Below are positions 26,572 to 37,056 of a DNA stretch of 64,000 bases, piece by piece. The position numbers were made by a program, and so were the translations under genes. The stretch's first letter is position 1, and the number at the start of each line of letters is the position of its first letter. The notes beneath the pieces were generated by a model. It was not told where the DNA came from. It worked only from the letters and a program-made list of their open reading frames with translations, and ran no database searches. Source of the DNA: Archangium sp. Lineage in GTDB: Bacteria > Myxococcota > Myxococcia > Myxococcales > Myxococcaceae. Location of the stretch: NCBI GenBank assembly GCA_046595925.1, contig JBKJSE010000164.1, forward strand, positions 15,260-79,259. Reading direction: 5' to 3'.

Positions 26572-27498
26572 ATGTCGCCTCAGAATTCGCCCTTCCCCGT
26601 TGGTGCGCCTGGCATGCCGTGGGGACCTGAAGAGAAGCAGCAGTGGCGCTCGATGCAGCCGAGGCGCCGCAGCTATGTCGATGACGTCACGGCGACCGTG
26701 CAGCGCCTCGGCGTGAACTTCGAACGCACTTGCTACGGCACGCTCGAGTACCCACCTGACGGCACGTACGAGCTGCTCGCCCTGCGCAGCCGAGCGTGGA
26801 ACGACGCGCTGCCGGTGGCTTTGGTCACCGGCGGCGTGCATGGCTATGAGACGAGCGGCGTCCACGGCGCCTTGCTCTTCGCCGCCGAGCACGCAGGCGC
26901 GTTCGAAGGTCGCCTCAACCTCATCATCGCGCCGTGCGTGAGCCCCTGGGCCTACGAGCGCATTCACCGCTGGAACCCGCATGCGGTCGACCCCAACCGG
27001 TCATTCAAGGCCGAGGGGGCCGCTGGCGAGGCGCGGCAGTTGATGACGTTCCTCGCGCCGTACCTGGGCCGGTTCCTGGTGCACCTGGACCTGCACGAGA
27101 CGACCGACTCTGACGAGAGCGAGTTTCGCCCCGCGCTCGCCGCCCGCGATGGGAAAATCTACGAGCCCGACCAGGTCCCCGACGGGTTCTACCTGGTCGA
27201 TGACGCTGCCAACCCGCAACCCGCGTTTCAGCGCGCCATCATCGAGGCCGTCTCGAAGGTGACGCACATCGCGCCGGCAGACTCGAGCGGTCACCTCATC
27301 GGCGCGCCCATCGTCAGCCCGGGCGTCATCGAGTACCCCGTGAAGTCTCTGGGCCTCTGCACGAGCGTCACCGGGGCCCGCTACACCACGACCACCGAGG
27401 TCTACCCCGACAGCGCGCGCAGCTCGCCCGCGCAGTGCAACCAGGCCCAGGCGGTCGCCGTTCGCGCCGGCCTCGACTTCGCGTTGTCGCAGCGCTGA
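26572..27498 (+). CDS. M14-family zinc carboxypeptidase-like protein
   Basis: Zn ligands GGVHGYETSG (HxxE) and HLDLHET. Size and layout match the M14 / AstE-AspA fold. Confidence 0.75.
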   Translation: MSPQNSPFPVGAPGMPWGPEEKQQWRSMQPRRRSYVDDVTATVQRLGVNFERTCYGTLEYPPDGTYELLALRSRAWNDALPVALVTGGVHGYETSGVHGALLFAAEHAGAFEGRLNLIIAPCVSPWAYERIHRWNPHAVDPNRSFKAEGAAGEARQLMTFLAPYLGRFLVHLDLHETTDSDESEFRPALAARDGKIYEPDQVPDGFYLVDDAANPQPAFQRAIIEAVSKVTHIAPADSSGHLIGAPIVSPGVIEYPVKSLGLCTSVTGARYTTTTEVYPDSARSSPAQCNQAQAVAVRAGLDFALSQR

Positions 27499-27519
27499 GC
27501 GTGAGCCCACCTCTCGTTT

Positions 27520-28878
<1,359 letters not shown>

Positions 28879-28879
28879 G

Positions 28880-28896
28880 TGTTGCACTATGCAACA
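28880..28896. promoter_or_regulatory. perfect palindrome TGTTGCA-N3-TGCAACA, candidate EBP/UAS or autoregulatory site
   Basis: Read directly. It lies 2 nt upstream of the EBP start codon, in the 90-bp divergent region. Confidence 0.5.
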
Positions 28897-28938
28897 TAGA
28901 ACGACCGGCAACCCATCGCAACGACTGAGCGTTGAAAC

Positions 28939-28953
28939 GGACGCCGACTTGCA
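28939..28953 (+). promoter_or_regulatory. candidate sigma-54 promoter (GG-N10-GC; -12 element TTGCA)
   Basis: cGGacgccgacTTGCAa has correct GG/GC spacing but a poor -24 flank. It sits only ~16 nt before the ATG at 28969, which is uncomfortably close. Confidence 0.3.
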
Positions 28954-28968
28954 ACTCGGCGAGGGTCG

Positions 28969-31900
28969 ATGCTCCCCCCCATGCGCGCGCTCTTCGCTTT
29001 GTCGTTGTGCCTGTCGTCCTTCACCTTCGCCGCGCAGACAGTTCGCTACAGCGTCGACCAGCGAGGTGACGTCACGCTCATCGGGAACAGCGGCAGCTCG
29101 GACTGCGGCAACGGGCCCATCGCCCCCGTCGTGGGCACGGTGGGCGCCTGCGGAACCAACACCGGCGACACGAGCGGCGACGTCTTGTGGCGGTCCGACT
29201 CGCCGCTTGCGGGCCAGGCAGAAGCCAACAACGCCGTCACGGTGGCCAACGCGCGCACCACAGCGCAGCTGAACCTGCCCACCGGCGCGACGGTGACCTA
29301 CGCGCGGCTCTACTGGTCGGCCAAGACCGGCGGCACCACCATCGACACCGACGTGGTGCTCGATCGGCCCGGAGTCTTCACCTCGGCCGTGGTGGCCGAC
29401 GTCACCTACCCGTCGGTGAACGCGAGCTACCAGGCCTCGGCCGACGTGACGCCCCTGCTGCAGGCCCACGGCGTGGGCGCCTACCGGGTCAGCGGGGTCA
29501 ACTCGCTCAACCCCGTCAACCAGAACGACAGCACCTTCTACGTGGGCTGGTCACTGGTGGTGTTTTACCGGCTCGACTCGTTGCCCCCGCGCAACTTGAC
29601 CCTCTTCGACGGCTTCGACCTGGTGAACACCACCCAGTCGGCCAACGTGACGCTCTCGGGCTTCGTGGTGCCCGACGCCGGCTTCGACGGCAAGCTGGGC
29701 ATCATCGCCTACGAAGGGGACCCCACCATCACGGGCGAGACCTTCACCTTCGGCGGCATCGCGGCCTCTGACGCGCTCAACCCGGCTGACAACGCCCTCA
29801 ACGGCACGCGCAGCGCGCTGGGCGTGGCCGTTTCGAACGCGGGCGACCTTCCTCAACTGACCGGCGCTCAGGGCTCGGTCACCGGCCTCGACCTCGACCT
29901 CTTCAACGTCACCGCGGCGCTCGCGCCCAACCAGACCTCGGCGGCGCTCACGGCGACCTCCACGGGCGACGTGTTCATTCACGGCGCTTTCATCACCTCG
30001 GTCTCGACCCTCAAGCCCATCTTCGTGAACGTGCAGAAGACGGTGACCGACTTGAACGGCGGCGACGTGGTGCCCGGCGACGTGCTCGAGTACGCGGCGA
30101 CCGGTACCAACAGCGGCACCGACACCGCCGTGGGCGTGGTGCTCACCGACGTGCTGCCCGCGGGCATGACCTTCGTCCCCGGCTCGATCAACCTGGTCAG
30201 CGGCGGCCTGGTTGGCCTCAAGACCGATGCTTCAGGCGACGATCAAGGCGACTTCGCCGCAGGCACCCGCACCGTCACCGTGCGCCTGGGCTCGGGCGCC
30301 ACCGCCACTGCGGGCGGCAACATCGCCGTGGGGGGCAGCTTCGAGGTGCGCCTGCGCGTCACTGTGGATCCCGGCGCGCCGGGCACCATCAACAACCAGG
30401 TGGACCTCTCGACCCAGGGCTCGGTCGGCGTGTCGCTGGGGTTGGTGACGCCCATCGTCTACCAGTCGGACACCGCGGGCACGGGCCTGCGGCGCCCCAC
30501 CCCCATCAACGTGCTGGGTGACACCACCATCGTCACCCGGCCGCCCACCCTCACCAACGCCGCCACGGCCACGTTCACCTTCGCCAGCAACATCGCAGGG
30601 GCCACCTTCGAGTGCCGCTTCAACGGCGCGGTGCTCTTCACGGCCTGCACCACGCCTTCCACCTTTCCCACCGCCACCGACGGCACCTACAGCCTCGAGG
30701 TGCGGTACCGCTCGGGCGCCACCGTCGACGCCACGCCGGCCACCTACACCTGGGTCGTCGACCGCACCGCCCCCCTCGCGCCCACGGTGCTGACGCCGGC
30801 GAACAACAGCACCACCAACGACCGCCGCCCATTAATCTCCGGCACCGCCGAGGCGGGCAGCACGGTGGCCGTCTTCATCGACGGCGTGCAGATCGGCTCG
30901 ACCGTGGCCACCGCAGGGGGGACCTTCTCGTTCACGCCCACCAGCGACCTCGCCACCGGTCTGCGTCAGGTGCGGGCCACCGCCACCGACGCGGCCGGCA
31001 ACACCTCACCCAACTCGAACACCAACGCCTTCACCATCGACGTCTCCGCGCCTGACACCACCATCGTCAGCGGGCCGCCGACCGCCTCGAACTCGTCGAG
31101 CGCCACCTTCACGTTCAGCGCCAGCGAAGCCGTGCAGCGCTACGACTGCAGCCTCGACGGCGCGGCCTTCGTGCCTTGCACCGCCTCGACCACCTTCACC
31201 GGCTTGAGCGAAGGGCTGCACGCCCTGCGCGTGGTGGCCGTCGACCTCGCCGGCAACGTCGACCCCACCCCGGCGACGGCCTCGTGGACCGTCGATCTCA
31301 CCGCGCCGACCACCCCCACGGTGAGCGTCCCTGCCAACGGGAGCGCCACCAACAACACCCGCCCCCCCGTCACCGGCACCGCCGAAGCCAACAGCACCGT
31401 CACCGTCTTCATCGACGGCGTGGCGGTGGGCACCACCACGGCCACCGCCGGCGGCACCTTCAGCTTCACCCCGAGCACCGCGCTCAGCGAGGGCAGCCAC
31501 ACCGTGCGCGTCACCGCCACCGACGCGGCCGCCAACGTCTCGCCCAGCTCGAACACCAACAGCTTCACCGTCGATACCACCGCGCCTTCGGCCCCGGTGG
31601 TGAGCGCCCCGGCCAACGGCGGTCGCACCAACGAAACCCAGCCCGCAATCACGGGCACCGCTGAGGCCGGGAGCGCGGTCACCGTCTTCATCGACGGCGC
31701 TTCGGTCGGCACCACCACCGCCACGGCCGGGGGCACCTTCAGCTTCACGCCGCCTGCAGCGCTGAGCCAGGGCAGCCACACGGTGCGCGTCACCGCGCGC
31801 GACAGCGCCGGCAACACGTCGCCCACCTCGAACACCAACACCTTCACCGTGGACACCACGCCGCCCGCTGCGCCCCTCGTCTCGGCCCCCGCGAACGGGA

Positions 31901-34900
31901 GCAGCACCACCAACGCCCAGCCGGCCATCACCGGCAGCGCCGAAGCGAACAGCACGGTCACCGTCTTCGTTGACGGCGTCGCGGTGGGCAGCACGACCGC
32001 CACCGCGGGGGGCACCTACAGTTTCACCCCCACCACCGCGTTGACTGAAGGCAGCCACACGGTGCGGGTCACGGCCACCGACGTGGCGGGCAACACCTCG
32101 CCCACCTCGAACACCAACACCTTCACGGTGGATCTCACCGCCCCGTCTGCCCCGGTCGCCAGCGCCCCGGCCGACGGGAGCAGCACCAACAACGCCCAAC
32201 CGGCCATCACCGGCACCGCCGAAGCCAACAGCACGGTCACCGTCTTCATCGACGGCGTCTCGGTGGGCACCACCACCGCCACCGCCAGCGGCACCTTCAG
32301 CTTCACCCTGCCCACTGCCCTGGCGGAAGGCAGCCACACGCTGGCGGTCACGGCGACGGACGCGGCAGGCAACACCTCGCCGAGTTCCAACACCAACACG
32401 TTCACGGTGGATCTCACCGCACCTGCAGCCCCGGTGGTGAGCGCGCCTGCGAACGGGTCTACCATCGCCACCCGCACGCCCGCCCTCACCGGCACCGCAG
32501 AGGCGAACAGCGCCGTCACCGTCTTCCTCGACGGGGTGTCCGTGGGCACCACCACCGCCAGCGCGACCGGCGGGTGGACCTTCACCCCCACCGGCTCACT
32601 GGCTGATGGCTCTCATACCGTGCGCGCCACGGCCGCCGACGCCGCTGGTAACGTCTCGGCCACTTCGAACACCAACACCTTCACGGTGCTGGGCGGCCCC
32701 CCAGAGACGACGTTGGTGTCTGGGCCCAGCGGTACGGTGAGCACCACCACCGCCACTTTCGTCGTCGCGAGCGAGCCCGGCGCCACCTTCGAATGCAACC
32801 TCGACGGCGCCGGCTTCGTCGCCTGCCCGGCCTCCTCGAGCTTCATGAACCTGGGCGACGGCCCCCACACGGTCGAGATCCGCTCGGTCAACGCCGCCGG
32901 CACGCGCGACCCGACGCCGGTGACCCAGACGTGGACCGTGGACAGCAGGGTGCCCGACACCACGCTGACCGTGCAGCCGCCTTCCATCACCCGGAGCACC
33001 ACCGCGCGCTTCGAGTTCACCGCCACCAAGGCCGACGCCACCTTCGAGTGCAGCCTGGACAACGGCGCCTGGGTTGCCTGCACCTCGCCCTTCTTGACCA
33101 CCGGCACCCTGAGCGACGGCGTGCACGTGCTGCTGGTGCGCGCGGTCGACGGTGCCGGCCGGGTCGACGCCACGCCCGCGCGCGCCACCTGGGAGGTGGA
33201 CACCACCGCCCCCCGAACGCCCCTCATCACCGAGCCGGTGGCCGACGCCACCACCGGCCCGCTGCCCCGCTTCGGGGGCGTGGGTGAGCCCGGCAGCACG
33301 GTCACCGTCACCATCAACGGCCAGCCGGTGTGCAGCGGTCTCGCCGACGCCTCTGGCCGGTGGACCTGCTCGGCCTCCACCCCGCTCCCCGCGGGCCCGC
33401 AGACGGCCACCGCCACCGCGAAGGACCCCGCGGGCAACACCTCGATGCCCTCGTTGCCCCGCCCCTTCACCGTCGACGCTGCGGCGCCCGACACGGTCAT
33501 CCTCACCGGGCCCAGCGGCCTCACCAACCAGCCCACTGCCAGCTTCACAGTCACCTCGGATCGCAGCGGCGCGACCTTCGAGTGCAGCCTCGACGGCGCG
33601 GCCTTCATGGTCTGCAGCGCCTCGCCCCGCTTCAGTGGGCTCTCCGACGGCCCGCACACGCTCGAGGTGCGCGCGGTCGACGGCGCCGCCACTGACCCCT
33701 CGCCTGCCTCGCAGTCGTGGACGCAGGACACCACGCCCCCCACCACCCCCACGGTGAGCTCACCGTCGGCCAACGCCACCACCTCGCCGACGCCGACCTT
33801 CACCGGCACGGGCGAACCCGGCAGCACCATCGTGGTGCGGGTCGACGGCCAGCCGGTCTGCACCACCACCGCCGACAGCAGCGGTGCCTTCTCGTGCGCG
33901 GGCCCGGGCGCGCTGAGCGCCGGCCCACATGCCGTGACGGCCACCTCGACGGACCCGACTGGCAACACCTCGATGCCCGCGGTGCTGGTGCCTTTCACCG
34001 TGGTGACTGGCAGCCTCGACACCGCCATCATCGCGGGCCCCAGCGGCACGGTCTCTTCGGCCTCGGCGACCTTCTCCTTCGTGGCCACCGTGGTGGGCGC
34101 CACCTTCGAGTGCAAGCTCGACGGCGCGGCCACCTTCACGGCGTGCCCCACACCGGTGACCTTCATGGGCCTGAGCGAAGGCAGCCACACCCTCGAGGTA
34201 CGCGCGGTGGACGGGGCGAGCGTCGACAGCACCCCGGCCAGCCGCACCTGGGTGGTTGATTCCAGGGCCCCCGTCGCGCCGGTCATCTCGGCGCCAGCTG
34301 ATCAATCGACCGTCACCACGCCCCGCCCCACCTTCAGCGGCACGGCTGAACCGGGCAGCACGGTGCTGGTGTCGGTCGACGACGCGCTGGTTTGTACGAC
34401 GGTGGCCGACCTGAGTGGCGCGTGGAGCTGCACTGGCCTCTCGCCGTTGAACGAGGGCATGCACCGGGTCTCAGCCGTCTCGAAAGACGCCGCGGGCAAC
34501 CTGAGCCCCGGGGCGATGACGAACCGCTTCACCGTCACCACGCCCGCCGTCACCGTGGCCATCACGGTGCCCGTCAACGACACCCTCACCAACGACAACA
34601 CCCCCGACATCTCGGGCACCGCCACGCCGGGCGCCACCGTCACCGTGTCCATCGACGGCATGGTGGTGGGCACCGCGCTTGCGGACAGCGGAGGCAGGTG
34701 GTCCTTCACGCCCACCACCGCGCTCACCGAGGGCAGCCACCAGCTCACCGCAACGGCGGCGCTGGCCGGCATCAGCTCGCCGGTCTCGAACCTGGTGACG
34801 GTGCGCATCGACACCCGCGCCCCGGTGGTGTTGGTCGAGGTGTCGAAGGACCCGAAGGGGACCCCCACCATCACCATCACGCCCGATGAGATGCCGGTGA

Positions 34901-36975
34901 CCACCACCTGCAGCCTCGACGGCGGCCCCTTCGGGCCCTGCACCAACCCCCTCGATATCACCGGCCTTTCGCCCGGGGTTCACACCCTGGTGGTGCGCGT
35001 CACCGACGCGGCGGGCAACAGCAGCCAGACCACCACCACCTTCGAGATCCCCGAGTTGCTGAGCCCCCCGGACCTCATCATCACCGGTGGTGGCTGCGGG
35101 TGCGGGAGCACCGAGGGCACCGGGGGGCTGCTGCTCTCGGCGCTGGCGCTGCTGGGTCTGTTGGCGCGCCGCCGCGGCCGCTGGTTGATGAGGGCCGCCG
35201 GCCCTGCGGCGGTGGCGGCGCTGGTGGCGGCGGCCACGCCCGCTGCGGCGCAGCAGGTGCAAGTGGCGGGCTTCGATCTCGAGCGCCTCGACTTCAACCC
35301 TGGCGCATCGGCCAGCCTGGTGACGAGCACAGGCGACCTGATGCGCAAGGGCGCCTGGCGTGCGTCGGTGCTGCTGCACTACCAGCACGACCCGCTGGTG
35401 CTGTACCGCAGCGACACCAACGAGCGGCTGGGCGCGGTGGTGGGCAGCCGCTTCACCACCCACCTGGTGGGCGCGTGGACGCCGCTCGACTGGCTGGAAG
35501 TGGGGCTGCAGGTGCCCATCGTGGTGTGGCAGGGCGGCGCGGATCTCACGCAGTGGAACGTGCCGGCGCCGGTCCCCACCGCGCTGGGCACGCCGTGGAT
35601 AACCGGCCGCTTCGCGCTGCTTCGGGAGCGCGGCGGCGCTGCGCTCGATCTCTCTGTTCAGGTGGGCGTGGGCCTGCCCTTCGGCAACGCCGCCGCGTAC
35701 ACCAACGCGCAGCCGGTGGCCTTCGCGCCGCGCGTCGGTGCGGGGAAGACGGTCGCGAGTTGGCTGCGGCTGGGTGGTGAGGTGGGCTTCGTGGTGCGCG
35801 GGAACCCGGGCGAGGCCACCGTCACGGTCAACGGCACGGCCTCCACCTTCACCGCGGCGATGTCGGCCACCACCATTGGCCCGAAGCTGCGCGGCGAGCT
35901 GACCCTGCGCGGTGCCATCGGCCTGGACCAGCCGGTGGCCGGCGGTGAGCTGCTCCTGGGTGTGCGCTACCCGCTGGGCGCCTGGGTCGAGGTCTTTGCG
36001 CTGGGCGGTCCGGGCCTGGGGCGGCTCCCCGGCAACCCAGCCTTCCGGCTCATCGGGGGCCTCGCCGTGGCGCCCCCCCTCGAGGTCGAGCCCACCTTGC
36101 CCCGCTGCGATCTCAGCGGGACTGACGAAGCCCTGCGGCGTGACTGCCCCGCCCTCGACGCCGACGGCGACGGCATCAGCAACGCCACCGACGAGTGCGT
36201 GCGCGAGGCCGGTGTGGCGTCCCGCCAGGGGTGCCCGCTCATCGACACGGATCAAGACGGGCTCGCCGACGAGGTCGACGCCTGCCCGAGAGAAGCAGGC
36301 CCTCAGTCACGTCAGGGGTGCCCCCTCAAGGACAGCGACAAGGACGGCATCGAAGACGCGGCCGACGCCTGCCCCATCGAGCCGGGGCCTGCGGAGCGTA
36401 AGGGGTGCCCCCTCAAAGACGGCGACAAGGACGGCGTGGAAGACGCCGCCGATGCCTGCCCCTCCGACCCCGGGCCTCTGCAGCGCAAGGGCTGCCCCGT
36501 CAGGGATCAGGACGGCGACGACGTCGAGGACGCGCTCGACAACTGCCCCGCGGTCAAGGGCCTGGTCGAGAACGCGGGCTGCCCCGCCAAGCAGCGTCAG
36601 TTGGTGGTGATCACCGCCGACAAGCTCGTCATTCAGGAGTCCGTGTACTTCGCGACGGGTAAAGCGGTGGTGTTGCCCCGCTCGAACAAGCTGCTCGACA
36701 ACGTCGCCGAGGTGCTCAACGCGCACCTCGAGGTCCCGGTGATCCGCATCGAGGGCCACACCGACGGCCAGGGCAAACGAGAAGCGAACGTGAAGCTCTC
36801 GCAGGCGCGGGCCGAGGCCGTGAAGGCCGCGCTGGTCAAGCGCAAGGTGGCCGCCGAGCGGCTCAAACCGATGGGCTTCGGACCGGATCGACCCCGAGAC
36901 ACGAACGAGACCGCCGCCGGCCGCGAGCAGAACCGGCGCGTGGAGTTCAACTTCGAGGCGGTGGTCAAACCCTAG
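28969..36975 (+). CDS. 2668-codon ORF: giant Ig-repeat surface adhesin (lectin-like N-domain, DUF11, ~20 Ig-like domains, MYXO-CTERM-like tag) continuing in frame into an OmpA/TSP3 outer-membrane protein
   Basis: Signal peptide MRALFALSLCLSSFTFA. DUF11 signature KTVTDLNGGDVVPGDVLEYAATGTNSGTDTAVGVVLTDVLPAGMTFVPGS. Two alternating Ig-like repeat types. No stop codon until 36973-36975. Confidence 0.85.
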   Translation: MLPPMRALFALSLCLSSFTFAAQTVRYSVDQRGDVTLIGNSGSSDCGNGPIAPVVGTVGACGTNTGDTSGDVLWRSDSPLAGQAEANNAVTVANARTTAQLNLPTGATVTYARLYWSAKTGGTTIDTDVVLDRPGVFTSAVVADVTYPSVNASYQASADVTPLLQAHGVGAYRVSGVNSLNPVNQNDSTFYVGWSLVVFYRLDSLPPRNLTLFDGFDLVNTTQSANVTLSGFVVPDAGFDGKLGIIAYEGDPTITGETFTFGGIAASDALNPADNALNGTRSALGVAVSNAGDLPQLTGAQGSVTGLDLDLFNVTAALAPNQTSAALTATSTGDVFIHGAFITSVSTLKPIFVNVQKTVTDLNGGDVVPGDVLEYAATGTNSGTDTAVGVVLTDVLPAGMTFVPGSINLVSGGLVGLKTDASGDDQGDFAAGTRTVTVRLGSGATATAGGNIAVGGSFEVRLRVTVDPGAPGTINNQVDLSTQGSVGVSLGLVTPIVYQSDTAGTGLRRPTPINVLGDTTIVTRPPTLTNAATATFTFASNIAGATFECRFNGAVLFTACTTPSTFPTATDGTYSLEVRYRSGATVDATPATYTWVVDRTAPLAPTVLTPANNSTTNDRRPLISGTAEAGSTVAVFIDGVQIGSTVATAGGTFSFTPTSDLATGLRQVRATATDAAGNTSPNSNTNAFTIDVSAPDTTIVSGPPTASNSSSATFTFSASEAVQRYDCSLDGAAFVPCTASTTFTGLSEGLHALRVVAVDLAGNVDPTPATASWTVDLTAPTTPTVSVPANGSATNNTRPPVTGTAEANSTVTVFIDGVAVGTTTATAGGTFSFTPSTALSEGSHTVRVTATDAAANVSPSSNTNSFTVDTTAPSAPVVSAPANGGRTNETQPAITGTAEAGSAVTVFIDGASVGTTTATAGGTFSFTPPAALSQGSHTVRVTARDSAGNTSPTSNTNTFTVDTTPPAAPLVSAPANGSSTTNAQPAITGSAEANSTVTVFVDGVAVGSTTATAGGTYSFTPTTALTEGSHTVRVTATDVAGNTSPTSNTNTFTVDLTAPSAPVASAPADGSSTNNAQPAITGTAEANSTVTVFIDGVSVGTTTATASGTFSFTLPTALAEGSHTLAVTATDAAGNTSPSSNTNTFTVDLTAPAAPVVSAPANGSTIATRTPALTGTAEANSAVTVFLDGVSVGTTTASATGGWTFTPTGSLADGSHTVRATAADAAGNVSATSNTNTFTVLGGPPETTLVSGPSGTVSTTTATFVVASEPGATFECNLDGAGFVACPASSSFMNLGDGPHTVEIRSVNAAGTRDPTPVTQTWTVDSRVPDTTLTVQPPSITRSTTARFEFTATKADATFECSLDNGAWVACTSPFLTTGTLSDGVHVLLVRAVDGAGRVDATPARATWEVDTTAPRTPLITEPVADATTGPLPRFGGVGEPGSTVTVTINGQPVCSGLADASGRWTCSASTPLPAGPQTATATAKDPAGNTSMPSLPRPFTVDAAAPDTVILTGPSGLTNQPTASFTVTSDRSGATFECSLDGAAFMVCSASPRFSGLSDGPHTLEVRAVDGAATDPSPASQSWTQDTTPPTTPTVSSPSANATTSPTPTFTGTGEPGSTIVVRVDGQPVCTTTADSSGAFSCAGPGALSAGPHAVTATSTDPTGNTSMPAVLVPFTVVTGSLDTAIIAGPSGTVSSASATFSFVATVVGATFECKLDGAATFTACPTPVTFMGLSEGSHTLEVRAVDGASVDSTPASRTWVVDSRAPVAPVISAPADQSTVTTPRPTFSGTAEPGSTVLVSVDDALVCTTVADLSGAWSCTGLSPLNEGMHRVSAVSKDAAGNLSPGAMTNRFTVTTPAVTVAITVPVNDTLTNDNTPDISGTATPGATVTVSIDGMVVGTALADSGGRWSFTPTTALTEGSHQLTATAALAGISSPVSNLVTVRIDTRAPVVLVEVSKDPKGTPTITITPDEMPVTTTCSLDGGPFGPCTNPLDITGLSPGVHTLVVRVTDAAGNSSQTTTTFEIPELLSPPDLIITGGGCGCGSTEGTGGLLLSALALLGLLARRRGRWLMRAAGPAAVAALVAAATPAAAQQVQVAGFDLERLDFNPGASASLVTSTGDLMRKGAWRASVLLHYQHDPLVLYRSDTNERLGAVVGSRFTTHLVGAWTPLDWLEVGLQVPIVVWQGGADLTQWNVPAPVPTALGTPWITGRFALLRERGGAALDLSVQVGVGLPFGNAAAYTNAQPVAFAPRVGAGKTVASWLRLGGEVGFVVRGNPGEATVTVNGTASTFTAAMSATTIGPKLRGELTLRGAIGLDQPVAGGELLLGVRYPLGAWVEVFALGGPGLGRLPGNPAFRLIGGLAVAPPLEVEPTLPRCDLSGTDEALRRDCPALDADGDGISNATDECVREAGVASRQGCPLIDTDQDGLADEVDACPREAGPQSRQGCPLKDSDKDGIEDAADACPIEPGPAERKGCPLKDGDKDGVEDAADACPSDPGPLQRKGCPVRDQDGDDVEDALDNCPAVKGLVENAGCPAKQRQLVVITADKLVIQESVYFATGKAVVLPRSNKLLDNVAEVLNAHLEVPVIRIEGHTDGQGKREANVKLSQARAEAVKAALVKRKVAAERLKPMGFGPDRPRDTNETAAGREQNRRVEFNFEAVVKP
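31288..32682 (+). repeat. five tandem 279-nt (93-aa) Ig-like domain repeats
   Basis: Unit starts (ACC GTC/GTG GAT/GAC ...) at 31288, 31567, 31846, 32125 and 32404, with the next unit boundary at 32683. The period is exactly 279 nt. Confidence 0.9.
35086..35184 (+). other. internal MYXO-CTERM-like sorting tag (GGGCGCGSTEGTGGLLLSALALLGLLARRRGRW)
   Basis: Gly/Cys motif, then a hydrophobic helix, then an Arg cluster. This layout normally forms the extreme C-terminus of myxobacterial surface proteins. Confidence 0.7.
35188..36975 (+). CDS. candidate independent CDS inside the long ORF: OmpA-family outer-membrane protein with 5 thrombospondin type-3 repeats (595 aa)
   Basis: ATG at 35188 and signal peptide MRAAGPAAVAALVAAATPAAAQQ. 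A beta-barrel-like N-domain, 5 D-x-D-x-D-G repeats (DTDQDGLADEVDACP etc.) and an OmpA_C domain (IRIEGHTDGQGKREANVKLSQARAEAVKAAL..NRRVEF). Confidence 0.5.
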   Translation: MRAAGPAAVAALVAAATPAAAQQVQVAGFDLERLDFNPGASASLVTSTGDLMRKGAWRASVLLHYQHDPLVLYRSDTNERLGAVVGSRFTTHLVGAWTPLDWLEVGLQVPIVVWQGGADLTQWNVPAPVPTALGTPWITGRFALLRERGGAALDLSVQVGVGLPFGNAAAYTNAQPVAFAPRVGAGKTVASWLRLGGEVGFVVRGNPGEATVTVNGTASTFTAAMSATTIGPKLRGELTLRGAIGLDQPVAGGELLLGVRYPLGAWVEVFALGGPGLGRLPGNPAFRLIGGLAVAPPLEVEPTLPRCDLSGTDEALRRDCPALDADGDGISNATDECVREAGVASRQGCPLIDTDQDGLADEVDACPREAGPQSRQGCPLKDSDKDGIEDAADACPIEPGPAERKGCPLKDGDKDGVEDAADACPSDPGPLQRKGCPVRDQDGDDVEDALDNCPAVKGLVENAGCPAKQRQLVVITADKLVIQESVYFATGKAVVLPRSNKLLDNVAEVLNAHLEVPVIRIEGHTDGQGKREANVKLSQARAEAVKAALVKRKVAAERLKPMGFGPDRPRDTNETAAGREQNRRVEFNFEAVVKP

Positions 36976-37056
36976 AACGTCTTTCCACGGCCCCTTCCGA
37001 GCGCGTGGCGCACAAAAAGTGCACTTCGATCCACGCCCGGGGGTCCGGGCCTCGTG

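Noticed and set aside
28879-29469. N-terminal 197-aa extension of the EBP ORF (track ORF 27520-29469)
   Set aside because: It crosses the divergent promoter region and overlaps the adhesin start on the opposite strand. The receiver domain begins right at the ATG at 28878.
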